Shown: positions 1-9,577 of the stretch, in pieces
How the letters are laid out: the number at the start of each line of letters is the position of its first letter
Numbering within the stretch: the stretch's first letter is position 1
Source: Terriglobia bacterium
Lineage (GTDB): Bacteria; Acidobacteriota; Polarisedimenticolia; Polarisedimenticolales; JAIQFR01
Direction of reading: 5' to 3'
Assembly: GCA_963748015.1 (NCBI GenBank)
Contig: CAVVHE010000009.1
Location: 192,001 to 256,000 of the forward strand
Length of the DNA: 64,000 bases
Made by a program: the position numbers and the translations under genes
The notes under the pieces: generated by a model
Seen by the model: only the letters and a program-made list of their open reading frames with translations
What the model was told of the DNA's origin: nothing
Database searches by the model: none

Positions 1-1
1 G

Positions 2-250
2 ATCGAGAGCTACGCCAAGAACTACGACACGCTGAGCGACGAGCAGGCCCAGTCCATGGTGGACGAGTTCTTCGCGATCCAGAAGGACGAGCTCAAGATC
101 AAGACGGACTGGCTGCCCAAGTTCCGCAAGATTCTCCCCGGGAAGGCCATGGCGCGGTTCGTCCAGATCGAGAACAAGCTGGACGCGATCATCCGCTTCG
201 GGCTCGCCGACGAGATCCCGCTCGTCGAGCACATGCCGAAGGGCAAGTAG
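2..250 (+). CDS. 5'-truncated small helical periplasmic protein (Spy/CpxP-like); paralogue of 26915-27412 and 41675-42142
   Basis: Frame is open from base 2 (IESYAKNYDTLSDEQAQSMVDEFF...ARFVQIENKLDAII); the F-x-Q-x-E-N-K-L-D-A motif matches 41675-42142 (RFFQLENKLDAVV). Confidence 0.7.
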   Translation: MESYAKNYDTLSDEQAQSMVDEFFAIQKDELKIKTDWLPKFRKILPGKAMARFVQIENKLDAIIRFGLADEIPLVEHMPKGK

Positions 251-261
251 GCTTCGACCTA

Positions 262-290
262 CCGGCCGGCAGGACCAGTCTGCCGGCCGG
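262..290. other. Intergenic 11-bp perfect stem-loop
   Basis: CCGGCCGGCAG-GACCAGT-CTGCCGGCCGG with no U tract, just before the RBS of the next gene. Confidence 0.6.
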
Positions 291-305
291 CCCGAGGAGA
301 ACGAC

Positions 306-932
306 ATGGGACGCAAGAACGCCTGGGTGCTCGCCATCGTCGGGCTGGCCGTGCTGGCCGCCTCCGCATGCGCGACGACGAAGTGGGTCAATACCTGGAT
401 GGAGCCCGCCGCGGCAAGCGCCGGCACCCTCAAGAACATCCTCGTGATCGGGATGAGCCCCGACATGGCGAACCGCAGGATCTTCGAGGACACACTGGTC
501 CAGAGCTTCAAGAGCGCCAAGGTCGCGGCGACGCCCTCGTACTCGGTCCTGCCCGAGGGACAGGTGTCCGAGGAAGTCCTCAGGGCGAAGGTCAAGGAGG
601 GGGACTTCGGCGGCGTGATCATCACCCGGCTCATCGGGAAGGAAGAAAAGGAGGAATTCGTTCCTCCGACCACCACGGCCGGGTACGCGGGATACGGATG
701 GGGGCCCTACTACCACGGATACGGCGGCTGGTACGGGGCGACCTACTCTCCCGGCTACGTCAAGAACACAACCGTCGCGCGGGTCCAGACGAGGTTGTGG
801 TCCACGGCGGGGGAAGGGAAGCCGGTCTGGACCGGGGTCAGCGAGACGGTGGATCCCGGCAAGATCGACTCCTGGAGCCGCGAGATGTCGGACCTCGTGA
901 TCCGCGAGCTCCGCGTCAACAAGCTGATCTGA
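306..932 (+). CDS. Lipoprotein, DUF4136-like
   Basis: GAGGAG RBS; lipobox-like LAASA-C; Gly/Tyr-rich insert (GYAGYGWGPYYHGYGGWYG) followed by VWTGVSET. Confidence 0.7.
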   Translation: MGRKNAWVLAIVGLAVLAASACATTKWVNTWMEPAAASAGTLKNILVIGMSPDMANRRIFEDTLVQSFKSAKVAATPSYSVLPEGQVSEEVLRAKVKEGDFGGVIITRLIGKEEKEEFVPPTTTAGYAGYGWGPYYHGYGGWYGATYSPGYVKNTTVARVQTRLWSTAGEGKPVWTGVSETVDPGKIDSWSREMSDLVIRELRVNKLI

Positions 933-951
933 GCTCGAGCGCGTCGTGCGC

Positions 952-1827
952 ATGGTGACCGGCAGGCGCGGCACGCTTTCGGCCGCACTCGCCGTGCCGC
1001 TCCTCCTGTGCGCGGTCCTGCCGCCGGCCGCCGTGGCCGACGAGCCCATGACGCTCCAGGAGGAGAAGGTCGTCAACTACGCCTTCGCGACGCGGCTAGG
1101 CTCGGGCATCTACGACGTGAACGGGAGGACCGTCCAGGTCTACCGTTTTCCGATCTCGTGGACGCCCCGCCGCGAAGGGCCGGACCGTGTCGGCGTGCGG
1201 GTCAAGCTCCCGGTGACGATCGGCTTCTACGATTTTCAACCCCGCGACGTCGTGGATTCGGGAGTGCCTCAGCACCTCGACACCGCGAGCTTCGTCCCCG
1301 GCCTCGAGCTTCGCTTCCCGGTCCGCGAGAACTGGATGCTCATGCCGTACGCCGAGGCCGGAATCGCCGTCGATCGCAGCGGCGATGCGGCGGCGTACGT
1401 CTACACGGCGGGCGTACGCAGCGTCGCCGACTTCACGAGCGGGCGCTTCCGGCTCGCGCTGGGGAACGACGCCGTCTACACCCGCGTGGACGCCGGGAGC
1501 GAACAGCCGGGCGACGACTTCGCCGCGATCCAGGCCTGTCTCGAGGCGCGGCACGGCATGGGATTCATGGCCTGGGGCAAGGAGGCGGACTACGGCCTCT
1601 ACGCCATCTTCGATCTTCAATACGGCGACCCGAAGTTCCCCATGGAGCACGAGGATCGAGCCCGCCTGGAGGACCAGTACGAGGTCGGCGTGACCTTTGG
1701 AAGAACGGAGCCCGCGAAGCTCTGGGGCATAGAGCTTCCAAGACTCGGTTTCGGCTACCGGTTCGCGAGCGGGGTCTCGGTCTTCCGTTTCGTGATCGGC
1801 ATCCCGGCCCCCTCGCTCGCGCGCTGA
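952..1827 (+). CDS. Exported hypothetical protein, probably an outer-membrane beta-barrel
   Basis: Signal peptide ending AVA-D; alternating aromatic beta-strands (MPYAEAGIAV, RLGFGYRF); start codon uncertain (946 or 952). Confidence 0.6.
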   Translation: MVTGRRGTLSAALAVPLLLCAVLPPAAVADEPMTLQEEKVVNYAFATRLGSGIYDVNGRTVQVYRFPISWTPRREGPDRVGVRVKLPVTIGFYDFQPRDVVDSGVPQHLDTASFVPGLELRFPVRENWMLMPYAEAGIAVDRSGDAAAYVYTAGVRSVADFTSGRFRLALGNDAVYTRVDAGSEQPGDDFAAIQACLEARHGMGFMAWGKEADYGLYAIFDLQYGDPKFPMEHEDRARLEDQYEVGVTFGRTEPAKLWGIELPRLGFGYRFASGVSVFRFVIGIPAPSLAR

Positions 1828-1841
1828 CGCGTCCGTCGCTA

Positions 1842-2411
1842 TTAGTCGAGGAGCTTCTCGATCTCCTCGATGACCCGGCGCTCCTCGGCCGAGATCTTCG
1901 ACGTGAGACCCAGGATCCCGCCGGCGGCCTCCGCGACCTCGCGCACGGACTCGAGGCAGTTGCTGCGCATCTGCCAGCGCTCGTCGGCCGTGAAGTAGCT
2001 CCAGAGCCGGCCGACGTAAGCCTTCCACGACGCGAAGAGCTTCGGGTCGGGCTGGCGCGCGAGGCCGTCCTTCAAGAGCTGGAGCCCGATGCGCTCCGCC
2101 GCCACGCCGCGCTCCCGCGCGGCCTGGAGGATCGCTTCCCTCTCCCGGTCGTCCAGCTTGCCGTCGGCCCAGGCGACCACGATGAGCGGGATGAGCGTGA
2201 TCGCCAGGGCCGTCTCGGGGCTGAACCCGATGGCGGCGAGGCGATTCAGGAACGCCTGGTCCTTGATCTTGACCACCGCGCTCAGCATTCGCCGGCGCTC
2301 CGCCTCCTTGGGTTCCAGGCGCAGCTCCTCGAGCAGTCGGTGATTGTCGCCGGCGAAGAAGCTCTCCTCGAGCCCCGCCGCGTCCTTCCTGAGATCGGCC
2401 TCTCGCGTCAT
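1842..2411 (-). CDS. TerB-like fold protein
   Basis: ATG at 2411 with GAGGG RBS; VAWADGKLDDRERE and KISAEERRVI motifs typical of TerB-like proteins. Confidence 0.65.
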   Translation of the reverse strand: MTREADLRKDAAGLEESFFAGDNHRLLEELRLEPKEAERRRMLSAVVKIKDQAFLNRLAAIGFSPETALAITLIPLIVVAWADGKLDDREREAILQAARERGVAAERIGLQLLKDGLARQPDPKLFASWKAYVGRLWSYFTADERWQMRSNCLESVREVAEAAGGILGLTSKISAEERRVIEEIEKLLD

Positions 2412-2881
2412 GGCACCCTCGTCATGCTCGTCCGGGGCTGTCCGGCCTCGACCGAGGCAGTCTAGCGCAACTGAGGCACGGTGGCCTCGGGCCCGTCGCG
2501 AGGCGTGCCGCGAAGCGAGCCGGAGCCGTCGAGCTCCGACCGTTCGGCCCGGGAACCCGCCGCTTGTCGGCGACGAGCCCCGTAATTTCACGAGGTTACA
2601 ACTTTCCGAAGAGCGGCTAATCTCGGTCCGAAGCCAGGCGCCGCCACGCGTCGCGACGGGCGCGGTCGCCGAGGAGGCTGTGTCTCCTCCATGCTCGAGC
2701 AACTCCTGAACTGCGGTATCCTGTGGACCGACGGAACGGTCTCGGAGGCGGAGCGCGCAGCCTGCTCGAAACCGCGTTCGAAACGGCCATGATGGTCGCC
2801 TGCGAGCCGATCCGAAAACATGCCCCGTCCGGTCGCTCGGCGGGCGTGAGATTCACCCGAGCGACGTGAGGGAGACGTCCC

Positions 2882-3358
2882 ATGAAAAAGCTCCTGTTCC
2901 ATGCGTTGATCGTCGTCACGGTGGCGATGGCGTTGCTTGCGCTGCCTGCCTGGGCGCAAGAGACCCCGCAGAAGCCGCCCGAGCAGCCCCCGCAAACTCC
3001 GCCCGCCGCGGCTCCCGCTCCGGCTGCAGCACCTGCCCCGGCCGCCGCGCCGGCCGCGCCGCTGGTAACGAAGGCCAAGGTCGTCGTGGAGGGCAAGGCG
3101 AAGAACGACGGGAAGATCGCGGTCGTCTTCACGCCGGAGAAGGGCGAGCCGGTCACGATCGGCACGGTCGTCGCGGCCGAGATGAAGGGGAAGGAGATCG
3201 CCGAGGACCTCGGGAAGAACTTCAAGGTCACGCTCGGGGGGACCTACAAGGTCGACGTCTCCGGCGAGAAGATCGAGATCAAGGGCAAAGACAAGCAGAA
3301 GTTCAGCATCGTGGCAAGCTCGAACACCGTGTCCGGCGTGTCGCTCAAGGTCGAATAG
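2882..3358 (+). CDS. Secreted hypothetical protein with Pro/Ala-rich linker
   Basis: GAGGGAG RBS; Sec signal ending AWA-Q; PQKPPEQPPQTPPAAAPAPAAAPAP linker, then a Lys-rich beta domain. Confidence 0.75.
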   Translation: MKKLLFHALIVVTVAMALLALPAWAQETPQKPPEQPPQTPPAAAPAPAAAPAPAAAPAAPLVTKAKVVVEGKAKNDGKIAVVFTPEKGEPVTIGTVVAAEMKGKEIAEDLGKNFKVTLGGTYKVDVSGEKIEIKGKDKQKFSIVASSNTVSGVSLKVE

Positions 3359-3412
3359 CGGGACGGGATACCGCGCCGCGGCGCCGGCCATCGCGGTAGC
3401 ACGCGCGGAGCC

Positions 3413-3418
3413 TATAAT
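3413..3418 (+). promoter_or_regulatory. -10 box TATAAT 6 nt before the GTG start (leaderless-type)
   Basis: TATAAT-TCCCGC-GTG at 3425; no Shine-Dalgarno. Confidence 0.5.
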
Positions 3419-3424
3419 TCCCGC

Positions 3425-6400
3425 GTGAGTGCGAGCGAAGGACCGGTGCCGGGGCGGCGCGGGACGTGGCGCCGGCGCCTGGCTTGGATGCTGCTGGCGG
3501 CGGCGCTCGCCGCGATCGCGGTTCCCGTGGCGATCGTCCTGAGCCTCCGCATCGAGAGCGTTCAGGACCGGGCCCTGGTCCGGATCTCGGAGAAACTCGA
3601 GCGCGAAACCGGGACGGGAGTGCGAGCGCGGGGCTTCGACCTCGATGCTTGGCGCGGCGTGATCGAGATACGCGGTCTTGAGGTCGCCTCGGCAGGCCAC
3701 TCCCGCGAGCCGTTTCTCACCGCGCCCTTCGTCCGTTGCGAGCTCGACCTCCCTGCGCTGCTGCGCGGCCACGTCGTCGTTCGCGGCCTTACCGTCGACC
3801 GGCCACGGCTTCTGCTCGATGCTCCGCTCCCCCCCGCGACGAGCGATAGCGCGTCTCCCCTTGGGTTCCTGGGGGACTTGGAGATCCGCTCTTTCGAGTT
3901 GCGAGGAGGGGAGATCCCGGCCGGCGGGCCCGGGGCTCCCGGGGTCGCGTCGCTCGGGCCGTGGCAACTCTCCGATCTCGACGTGCGCGGGTCGGTCTCG
4001 AACGGGCGGGCTGCGGTCGTGCTCTCCCGGGCGTCTCTCCACGTCGAGCCGGTCTCGCGACCGGTCAATCTCGTCCTCGAGGGCTCGCTCGCGATCGCGA
4101 AGGACGGAGCGTTCGAGGTCGAGGCCCTGAAGGCCGACGGGTCGGGAATCTCGCTCGACGCTCGAGGATCCGGCGGCGTCGATCCGGGGCTCCGCGTCTC
4201 CGCGACGTACCGGCTGGACACCGAGCTCGCCCGGCTTGCGGCGGACCTCTTCGCCGGCGGCTCCATCGCGGTCTCCGGGCAACTCGACATCGGGGGCGGA
4301 AGCGGACCGAGAGGAACGGCGCGGGTCGAGGCGACCGGGGTCCCGCTGGACGCGCTCGAGCGCTGGGTCGCCCTCGACCTTCCACCGCCGCTCGTCCTGC
4401 GCGGGACTCGAGCCGACGGGAAGGGCGACTTCGAGTTCGACCTGTCGAACGTCGGCTCGCTCGCCGCGCTCCGGGGCGACGCGATACGCGGCGAAGCCTC
4501 TCTTTCCTGGCTGCGAGGCGGCACGCGCCTCCTCGACGCCTCGGTCCGCTCGGAGCCCGAGACGCCACCATCGGCCGAAGGCGTCGCGCGGTGCTCGCTG
4601 CGCGCCGCGCTCTTTCCCGAAGCCGAGGGAGAGCGGCGCCTCGAGGGCACCGCACGGATCCGCTCGTGGGGCGATCCGGCGGGAATCGACATCCTGGGGG
4701 CCACGCTCCACGCGAGGGAGCCGCGGATTCCCGCAGCGCTCGACCGGCTCGGAGTCCCCGTGCCTTGGCCCGATGCCGCGGCGCCCGGCGGCTCGCTCGA
4801 CGCCACGGTCGAGGCCTCGGGCCCGCTCGTCGCGCCGCGTTTCCGTCTCGACGCGACCTGGCGCGACGAGAGCGAGACGCTCGCGGTCGTCTCGGCACGC
4901 TCGGCTCCCGGATGGCGGGCCTGGCCGCCCGCCCGTATCGCCGTCGACGTTGACGCGTCCGTCCTGCCCGAAGCTCCCGGTGCGAGACAGGCCAGCGTGC
5001 GGCTCGAGGGGCTCGAGCTGCGGGATGGAACCGCCCGTGTCGACCTTCCCGATCTCGGCCAGGCGGTCGCGGATCTTCTCCGCCGCACCGGGGTGGCGAT
5101 TCCCTCCGGATCGCCCCGGCTCGACGAGCTGCTCTCGGGTCCCTTCGAGGCGGAAGCGCGGTTCTCCGGCAAGGCGACGAAACCTCTCGTCGCCATCGAC
5201 TCGGCCTGGCATCCGGGCGGCGAAGGGATCGTCCGGCTCACCGCGACCGGCCGGCCGAACGGTCAGGCTCCCTTCTTCGACCTCGCGGAAGACGCGAAGC
5301 TCGAGGCCCGCGACGTGGACGCGAGCCGCTTCGGGGCGCCCGGCCTCGTCGTGCATTCCCTCGACGCCGTCTCGGACGGGAAGCGGGTGAGCGTCCGTAG
5401 CATCGCGGCAACGCTTCCACCCGCGAGTCCTGGGGCCCTGCGGGGCGAGCTTTCGGGAAGCGGAGGATTCGATCTCGCCTGGCCGCCACGTCTGGCCGAC
5501 GCCGATCTCTCGATCGAGCACCCGATCGAGGGGGTCGACCGCGCGAGCGTCCGCGCGCAGCTCGACGGCGGCGTCGTTCGCATCGACCGACTGGACGTGG
5601 ATTCCGGTTCCTCCCGCGCCTCCGCCCGCGGCTCGATCCCGCTCGCCGCCCTCGCGCGCTACGCCGGCCCGCTCCGGGAGCTGCTCGCGGGCTACCCCTA
5701 CGGCCCGATTGCTCTCGAAGCCGAGGGGATCGACCTCGGCGCGCTGCAGCGCGCTCTCCCGCTTCCGGACACGTTTCCGAGAACGAGCGGCACGGTGGAC
5801 GTGCGGCTCGCGCTCGACCCGGAGCGCCCGATGTCGTCCTCGGGACGGCTCGAGGCGCGGGGACTCGCGCTCGAGCTCGACGGACGACGGATCGCGGCGG
5901 AGGGCCCCGTCCGGATCGACCTCGACAACGGCAAGGCGACGCTGCCGGCGACCCCGCTCAGGAGCTTCGGCCCGAACGTGCCGGCGGGGCTGCCCGCGGA
6001 GCTCTCCGGCACCGTCGAGCTCTCGCAGGACTGGGTCCCGGGACAGGGTCCCGCCTCATTGATCCGGGATTTCTCCGCCGCCCTCCACGGGACGATCGAC
6101 GCGGCGGCCCTGACGCGCTTCCTCGGAACCGGAAACGCCTCGGGAGCCCTCGTCGTGGACGCGAGCGCCCGCGGACCCCTGGGCGGCGTCGCGGCGGACG
6201 TGGAAGTTCGCGGTCCGGACGCCCGGATCTCGTTCCTCTCTCCCTACGCGACGCGCTTCGAGTCGCCCGAGGCCCGCTTCCACTTTCGCGGAGGCGCGCT
6301 CGAAATCGAGTCCGCGCGGTTCCGCTGGAACTCGGGCGAGCTCACGGTCCGGGGCACCATCGCTCCCCGCCGCGACTCCCGCGTCGCCGCGGAGTTCGAC

Positions 6401-9400
6401 GGGGTGACGTACCGTCTCGAGTACGGCGTCACCGCGCGGCTCGGCGGCCAGCTCGAGCTGGTCTGGCCCGCGGAAGGCGACAGGGTCCTGCGCGGAGCCC
6501 TGAGCGTCGACCGGGCGACGCTCAGGCGCAACGTGTCCCTCGACCGGGAGATGCTCCGATCGCTCTTCGAGCCCGCCGGTGCGGCCGAGAGCGCGCTGCT
6601 CGAGACCGTTCTGATGGACCTCCAGGTCACGACGGTGCAGGGGCTCCAGATCCGGAACAACGTGGCCAGCCTCCACGCGGACTGGGACCCCCTCCACGTG
6701 ACGGGCAGCCTCGCGGCGCCGAAGATCAGCGGGCAGGCCCGGGTCGTCCCCGGCGGTCTCCTGAACCTCTTCGGGAGCATCGTCCGGATCGACGAGGGGA
6801 CCTTCTCGTGGTCCGGGGACCCGCCCTCGTCCCCTCGCGTCGCGCTGAAGACGACGAGCGCGGTCGAGGACCCCACGATCAAGAACCAGTGGTACAGCTC
6901 GTGGTACGCGGCGCCGGTGATGGGACCCGGACGCGGGGGGACCATGGATCTCACCGCGCAGCGGGCCTCGAGTGCCGAGACCATGGACGCCTTCGCTTCG
7001 GGGATGATGAGCTACTACCAGGACCGGCTCGCGGGCTCCGTCGGCGGGGGAGTGACCCAGACCGAGCTGAGCTACGAGCCGCTTCCCCTCTTCGGCGAGA
7101 CGGACACCACGGCGCGGATGACGATCACGCAGCGCCTCTCGAGGTACGCCAAGTTCGTGGCCTCCTACAACCCGACCGATGCCGAGGCGCAGACGTTCGT
7201 CCTGGAGGCCCACGGACTCGACGCCGCGCCCAGCCTCGCGGTCCAGGCGTTCGAGAACGACGAGAAGCACCAGGGCGGCACGCTGCAGCAAACGGTCCGG
7301 CTCGGCAAGGGATACCTCGAAGACGAGTCCGCGGACCGTCTTCGCAAGGTGAGAATCGACGCCCCCGAGGGGATCTCGAAGCGCAAGCTGAAGAAGAACA
7401 TCTCCTACCGCCCCGGCGACGCGCTCCCGGACGGCTCCGCGATGGACGCGGAGTTCGACGTGGTCGACGGCATGCGCCGTCTCGGCTACCCGCTCTCCGA
7501 GGTGTCGGTCGAGGCCGTGCCCCACTCTCCGAAGAAGGTCGATCTCGAGGTTCGCGTCGTGCCGGGGCCGAAGATCCGGTGCGAGTTCGAGGGAGACAGG
7601 CCACGGAAGGCCGCAAGGCGCGTCATCGCGGCGCTGTACCGGTTCGGCGAGGAGGAAGCGGCGTCGCTCGAGGAGATCCGGCAGGAAACGGTTCGCGCGC
7701 TGCAGTCCCGCGGCTACCTCGACCCGCGCGTCGAGGTGTCGGTCATGCGGGAAGGCGCGGGCGGCGAGGGCGAGCCCCTGACCGTCCGGGTGCAGGCGGA
7801 AGGGGGAAGGACGGCCGATCCCGACGCGCCGAGCTTCGCCGGCGTTCCGTCCAAGGAGGCCTCCGCCCTTTCATCCCTGTTCGCGACCAAGGACGCCCGC
7901 ATCGCGCTGGCGGCGGGAGCGCCTGCGGCCGATCTCCGCGTCCGGCGCGCGCTTGCCGCCGCGGGCTATCCCGACGCGCGCGTGGCGGGGAGGGAGCTCT
8001 CCGAGGACGGGCGGAAGCTCGTCGTTCGCGTCGAGCCGGGCGGCCGGCAGCGGCTCGCCGGCATCGCGGTGCGGGGCCTCCCGCCGGGAGACGAGCAGCG
8101 CCTGCTGCCTCTCCTCGGACTCCGGGAGGGAGACCCGGTGGAAGCGGAGAAGGTCGCAGGGGCGGTCGTCGTGGTCGAGCGGGACATGATGAGCAAGGGA
8201 CACGCGCAGTCCGACATCCGGGCCCGGCTGGAGCCGGTTTCGCCGGATCGCCTCCTCGACCGCAACCTGATCATCGACGCCTCCCCCGGGCCCGAGTTCG
8301 AGATCGGCGACGTCCGGTTCCGGGGAGCGCGGACCTCGAGGCCGGGCTGGCTCGAGTCCACCGCCGGCCTCTCCTCCGGCACGCCGGCGGACCCGCAGGA
8401 GATCTCGAAGGCGCGCTCGCGGCTCGCCCAGACGGGGGTCTTCCAGGAGATCCGGGTGTCGACCGACCCTCCGACGACCCGATCCGCCCGGGCCGGAGAG
8501 GCGGCCGAGCCCGATCGCACGATCCCAACCGCGGTCCTCTTCGATCTCGCCGAGAAGAAGCGATGGCAGCTCGCCTACGGCGGGCGGTACGAGACCGAGG
8601 TGGGCTTCGGCGTCATGGTCAACCTCGACAACTTCAACTCGCTCGGCCGCGGGCAGACGACGGGGTTGAGGGGCGTTTACGCCGCGAACGATCAGGAGAT
8701 TCAGCTCTACCACGTGGTTCCTCGACTCTTCGGAGAGCGCTCCTCGCTCGAGGGCTTCCTCCAGTACAAGAGGGAGCTGACCGAGGGCGTCTGGTCCGAG
8801 GGCGAGCAGGCTTGGTTGCAGGCGTCGTTCCCGCTGACGAAGCGCTGGCGAAACCGGACCTACGTCGTATTCGAGTGGCGGACCCTGACCTCCGAGGAGC
8901 CCGACACCCCGCTCGACCAGCGGGCGATCAGCCCGCGGGTCGGCTGGCAGCTCGTGTACGACTCGCGGGTCCTTCCGAGCATGGGGATAGGGCGCTCGAA
9001 GGGGTTCTTCTACGGCCTCAACCTGGTGGGCTCCACCGAGGCGATCGGAAGCGACCTGACCGGCCTCGGCACGTACCAGCAGTGGAGCCACTACCTTCCG
9101 CTCGGAGATCCGGAGAGGGGCCGGTTCGACTGGGCCCACTCCTACCGCGTGAGCACGATCGACGTGAAGGGCGAGTCCGTCCCGACCGACAGCCGGCTGC
9201 GGGCGGGCGGAGAGTTCTCCGTGCGAGGCTACCCGACCAACAGCCTCGGGCCGCAGGACGAAGAGGGCAACGCGCTCGGGGGAGAGTTCCTCGTGATCGC
9301 GAACGAGGAAATGCATGTCCGGCTATGGAGATCGTTCTCGAGCCTGCTGTTTGTCGACGTGGGAAACGTCTGGCCGACCCTCGGCGGCTTCGACTGGCGC

Positions 9401-9538
9401 TTTTCGGCGAGCTACGGGCTCGGCCTCAGATGGTCCTCGCCCATCGGTCCGCTGCGTTTCGACTGGGCCGTCCCGATCAACCCGAGGCCGAACGACCCCG
9501 GCCAGACGTTCTACCTCGGGTTCGGCAACGTCTTCTGA
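3425..9538 (+). CDS. TamB/AsmA-like region fused to POTRA domains and an Omp85 (TamA/BamA-type) barrel, 2037 aa
   Basis: N-terminal basic + hydrophobic anchor; Gly-rich amphipathic strands; TamB C-terminal-like segment (LQIRNNVASL...VTGSLAAPKISG); POTRA-like motifs (ALQSRGYLDPRV, ARSRLAQTGVFQEI); barrel signatures AGGEFSVRGY, RWSSPIGPLRFDWA and terminal GFGNVF. Confidence 0.85.
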   Translation: MSASEGPVPGRRGTWRRRLAWMLLAAALAAIAVPVAIVLSLRIESVQDRALVRISEKLERETGTGVRARGFDLDAWRGVIEIRGLEVASAGHSREPFLTAPFVRCELDLPALLRGHVVVRGLTVDRPRLLLDAPLPPATSDSASPLGFLGDLEIRSFELRGGEIPAGGPGAPGVASLGPWQLSDLDVRGSVSNGRAAVVLSRASLHVEPVSRPVNLVLEGSLAIAKDGAFEVEALKADGSGISLDARGSGGVDPGLRVSATYRLDTELARLAADLFAGGSIAVSGQLDIGGGSGPRGTARVEATGVPLDALERWVALDLPPPLVLRGTRADGKGDFEFDLSNVGSLAALRGDAIRGEASLSWLRGGTRLLDASVRSEPETPPSAEGVARCSLRAALFPEAEGERRLEGTARIRSWGDPAGIDILGATLHAREPRIPAALDRLGVPVPWPDAAAPGGSLDATVEASGPLVAPRFRLDATWRDESETLAVVSARSAPGWRAWPPARIAVDVDASVLPEAPGARQASVRLEGLELRDGTARVDLPDLGQAVADLLRRTGVAIPSGSPRLDELLSGPFEAEARFSGKATKPLVAIDSAWHPGGEGIVRLTATGRPNGQAPFFDLAEDAKLEARDVDASRFGAPGLVVHSLDAVSDGKRVSVRSIAATLPPASPGALRGELSGSGGFDLAWPPRLADADLSIEHPIEGVDRASVRAQLDGGVVRIDRLDVDSGSSRASARGSIPLAALARYAGPLRELLAGYPYGPIALEAEGIDLGALQRALPLPDTFPRTSGTVDVRLALDPERPMSSSGRLEARGLALELDGRRIAAEGPVRIDLDNGKATLPATPLRSFGPNVPAGLPAELSGTVELSQDWVPGQGPASLIRDFSAALHGTIDAAALTRFLGTGNASGALVVDASARGPLGGVAADVEVRGPDARISFLSPYATRFESPEARFHFRGGALEIESARFRWNSGELTVRGTIAPRRDSRVAAEFDGVTYRLEYGVTARLGGQLELVWPAEGDRVLRGALSVDRATLRRNVSLDREMLRSLFEPAGAAESALLETVLMDLQVTTVQGLQIRNNVASLHADWDPLHVTGSLAAPKISGQARVVPGGLLNLFGSIVRIDEGTFSWSGDPPSSPRVALKTTSAVEDPTIKNQWYSSWYAAPVMGPGRGGTMDLTAQRASSAETMDAFASGMMSYYQDRLAGSVGGGVTQTELSYEPLPLFGETDTTARMTITQRLSRYAKFVASYNPTDAEAQTFVLEAHGLDAAPSLAVQAFENDEKHQGGTLQQTVRLGKGYLEDESADRLRKVRIDAPEGISKRKLKKNISYRPGDALPDGSAMDAEFDVVDGMRRLGYPLSEVSVEAVPHSPKKVDLEVRVVPGPKIRCEFEGDRPRKAARRVIAALYRFGEEEAASLEEIRQETVRALQSRGYLDPRVEVSVMREGAGGEGEPLTVRVQAEGGRTADPDAPSFAGVPSKEASALSSLFATKDARIALAAGAPAADLRVRRALAAAGYPDARVAGRELSEDGRKLVVRVEPGGRQRLAGIAVRGLPPGDEQRLLPLLGLREGDPVEAEKVAGAVVVVERDMMSKGHAQSDIRARLEPVSPDRLLDRNLIIDASPGPEFEIGDVRFRGARTSRPGWLESTAGLSSGTPADPQEISKARSRLAQTGVFQEIRVSTDPPTTRSARAGEAAEPDRTIPTAVLFDLAEKKRWQLAYGGRYETEVGFGVMVNLDNFNSLGRGQTTGLRGVYAANDQEIQLYHVVPRLFGERSSLEGFLQYKRELTEGVWSEGEQAWLQASFPLTKRWRNRTYVVFEWRTLTSEEPDTPLDQRAISPRVGWQLVYDSRVLPSMGIGRSKGFFYGLNLVGSTEAIGSDLTGLGTYQQWSHYLPLGDPERGRFDWAHSYRVSTIDVKGESVPTDSRLRAGGEFSVRGYPTNSLGPQDEEGNALGGEFLVIANEEMHVRLWRSFSSLLFVDVGNVWPTLGGFDWRFSASYGLGLRWSSPIGPLRFDWAVPINPRPNDPGQTFYLGFGNVF

Positions 9539-9577
9539 GAGCGAGCGACGGCGCGCCTTCGGAAGCGCTCTCCTCCC

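Noticed and set aside
2581..2600. GTAA-N10-TTAC inverted motif in the divergent intergenic region
   Set aside because: Only 4-bp arms, single occurrence, and no regulator consensus I can support
2963..3062. Short GC-rich tandem repeats as a CRISPR or VNTR element
   Set aside because: They are in-frame codons of a Pro/Ala linker, with no spacers and no cas genes
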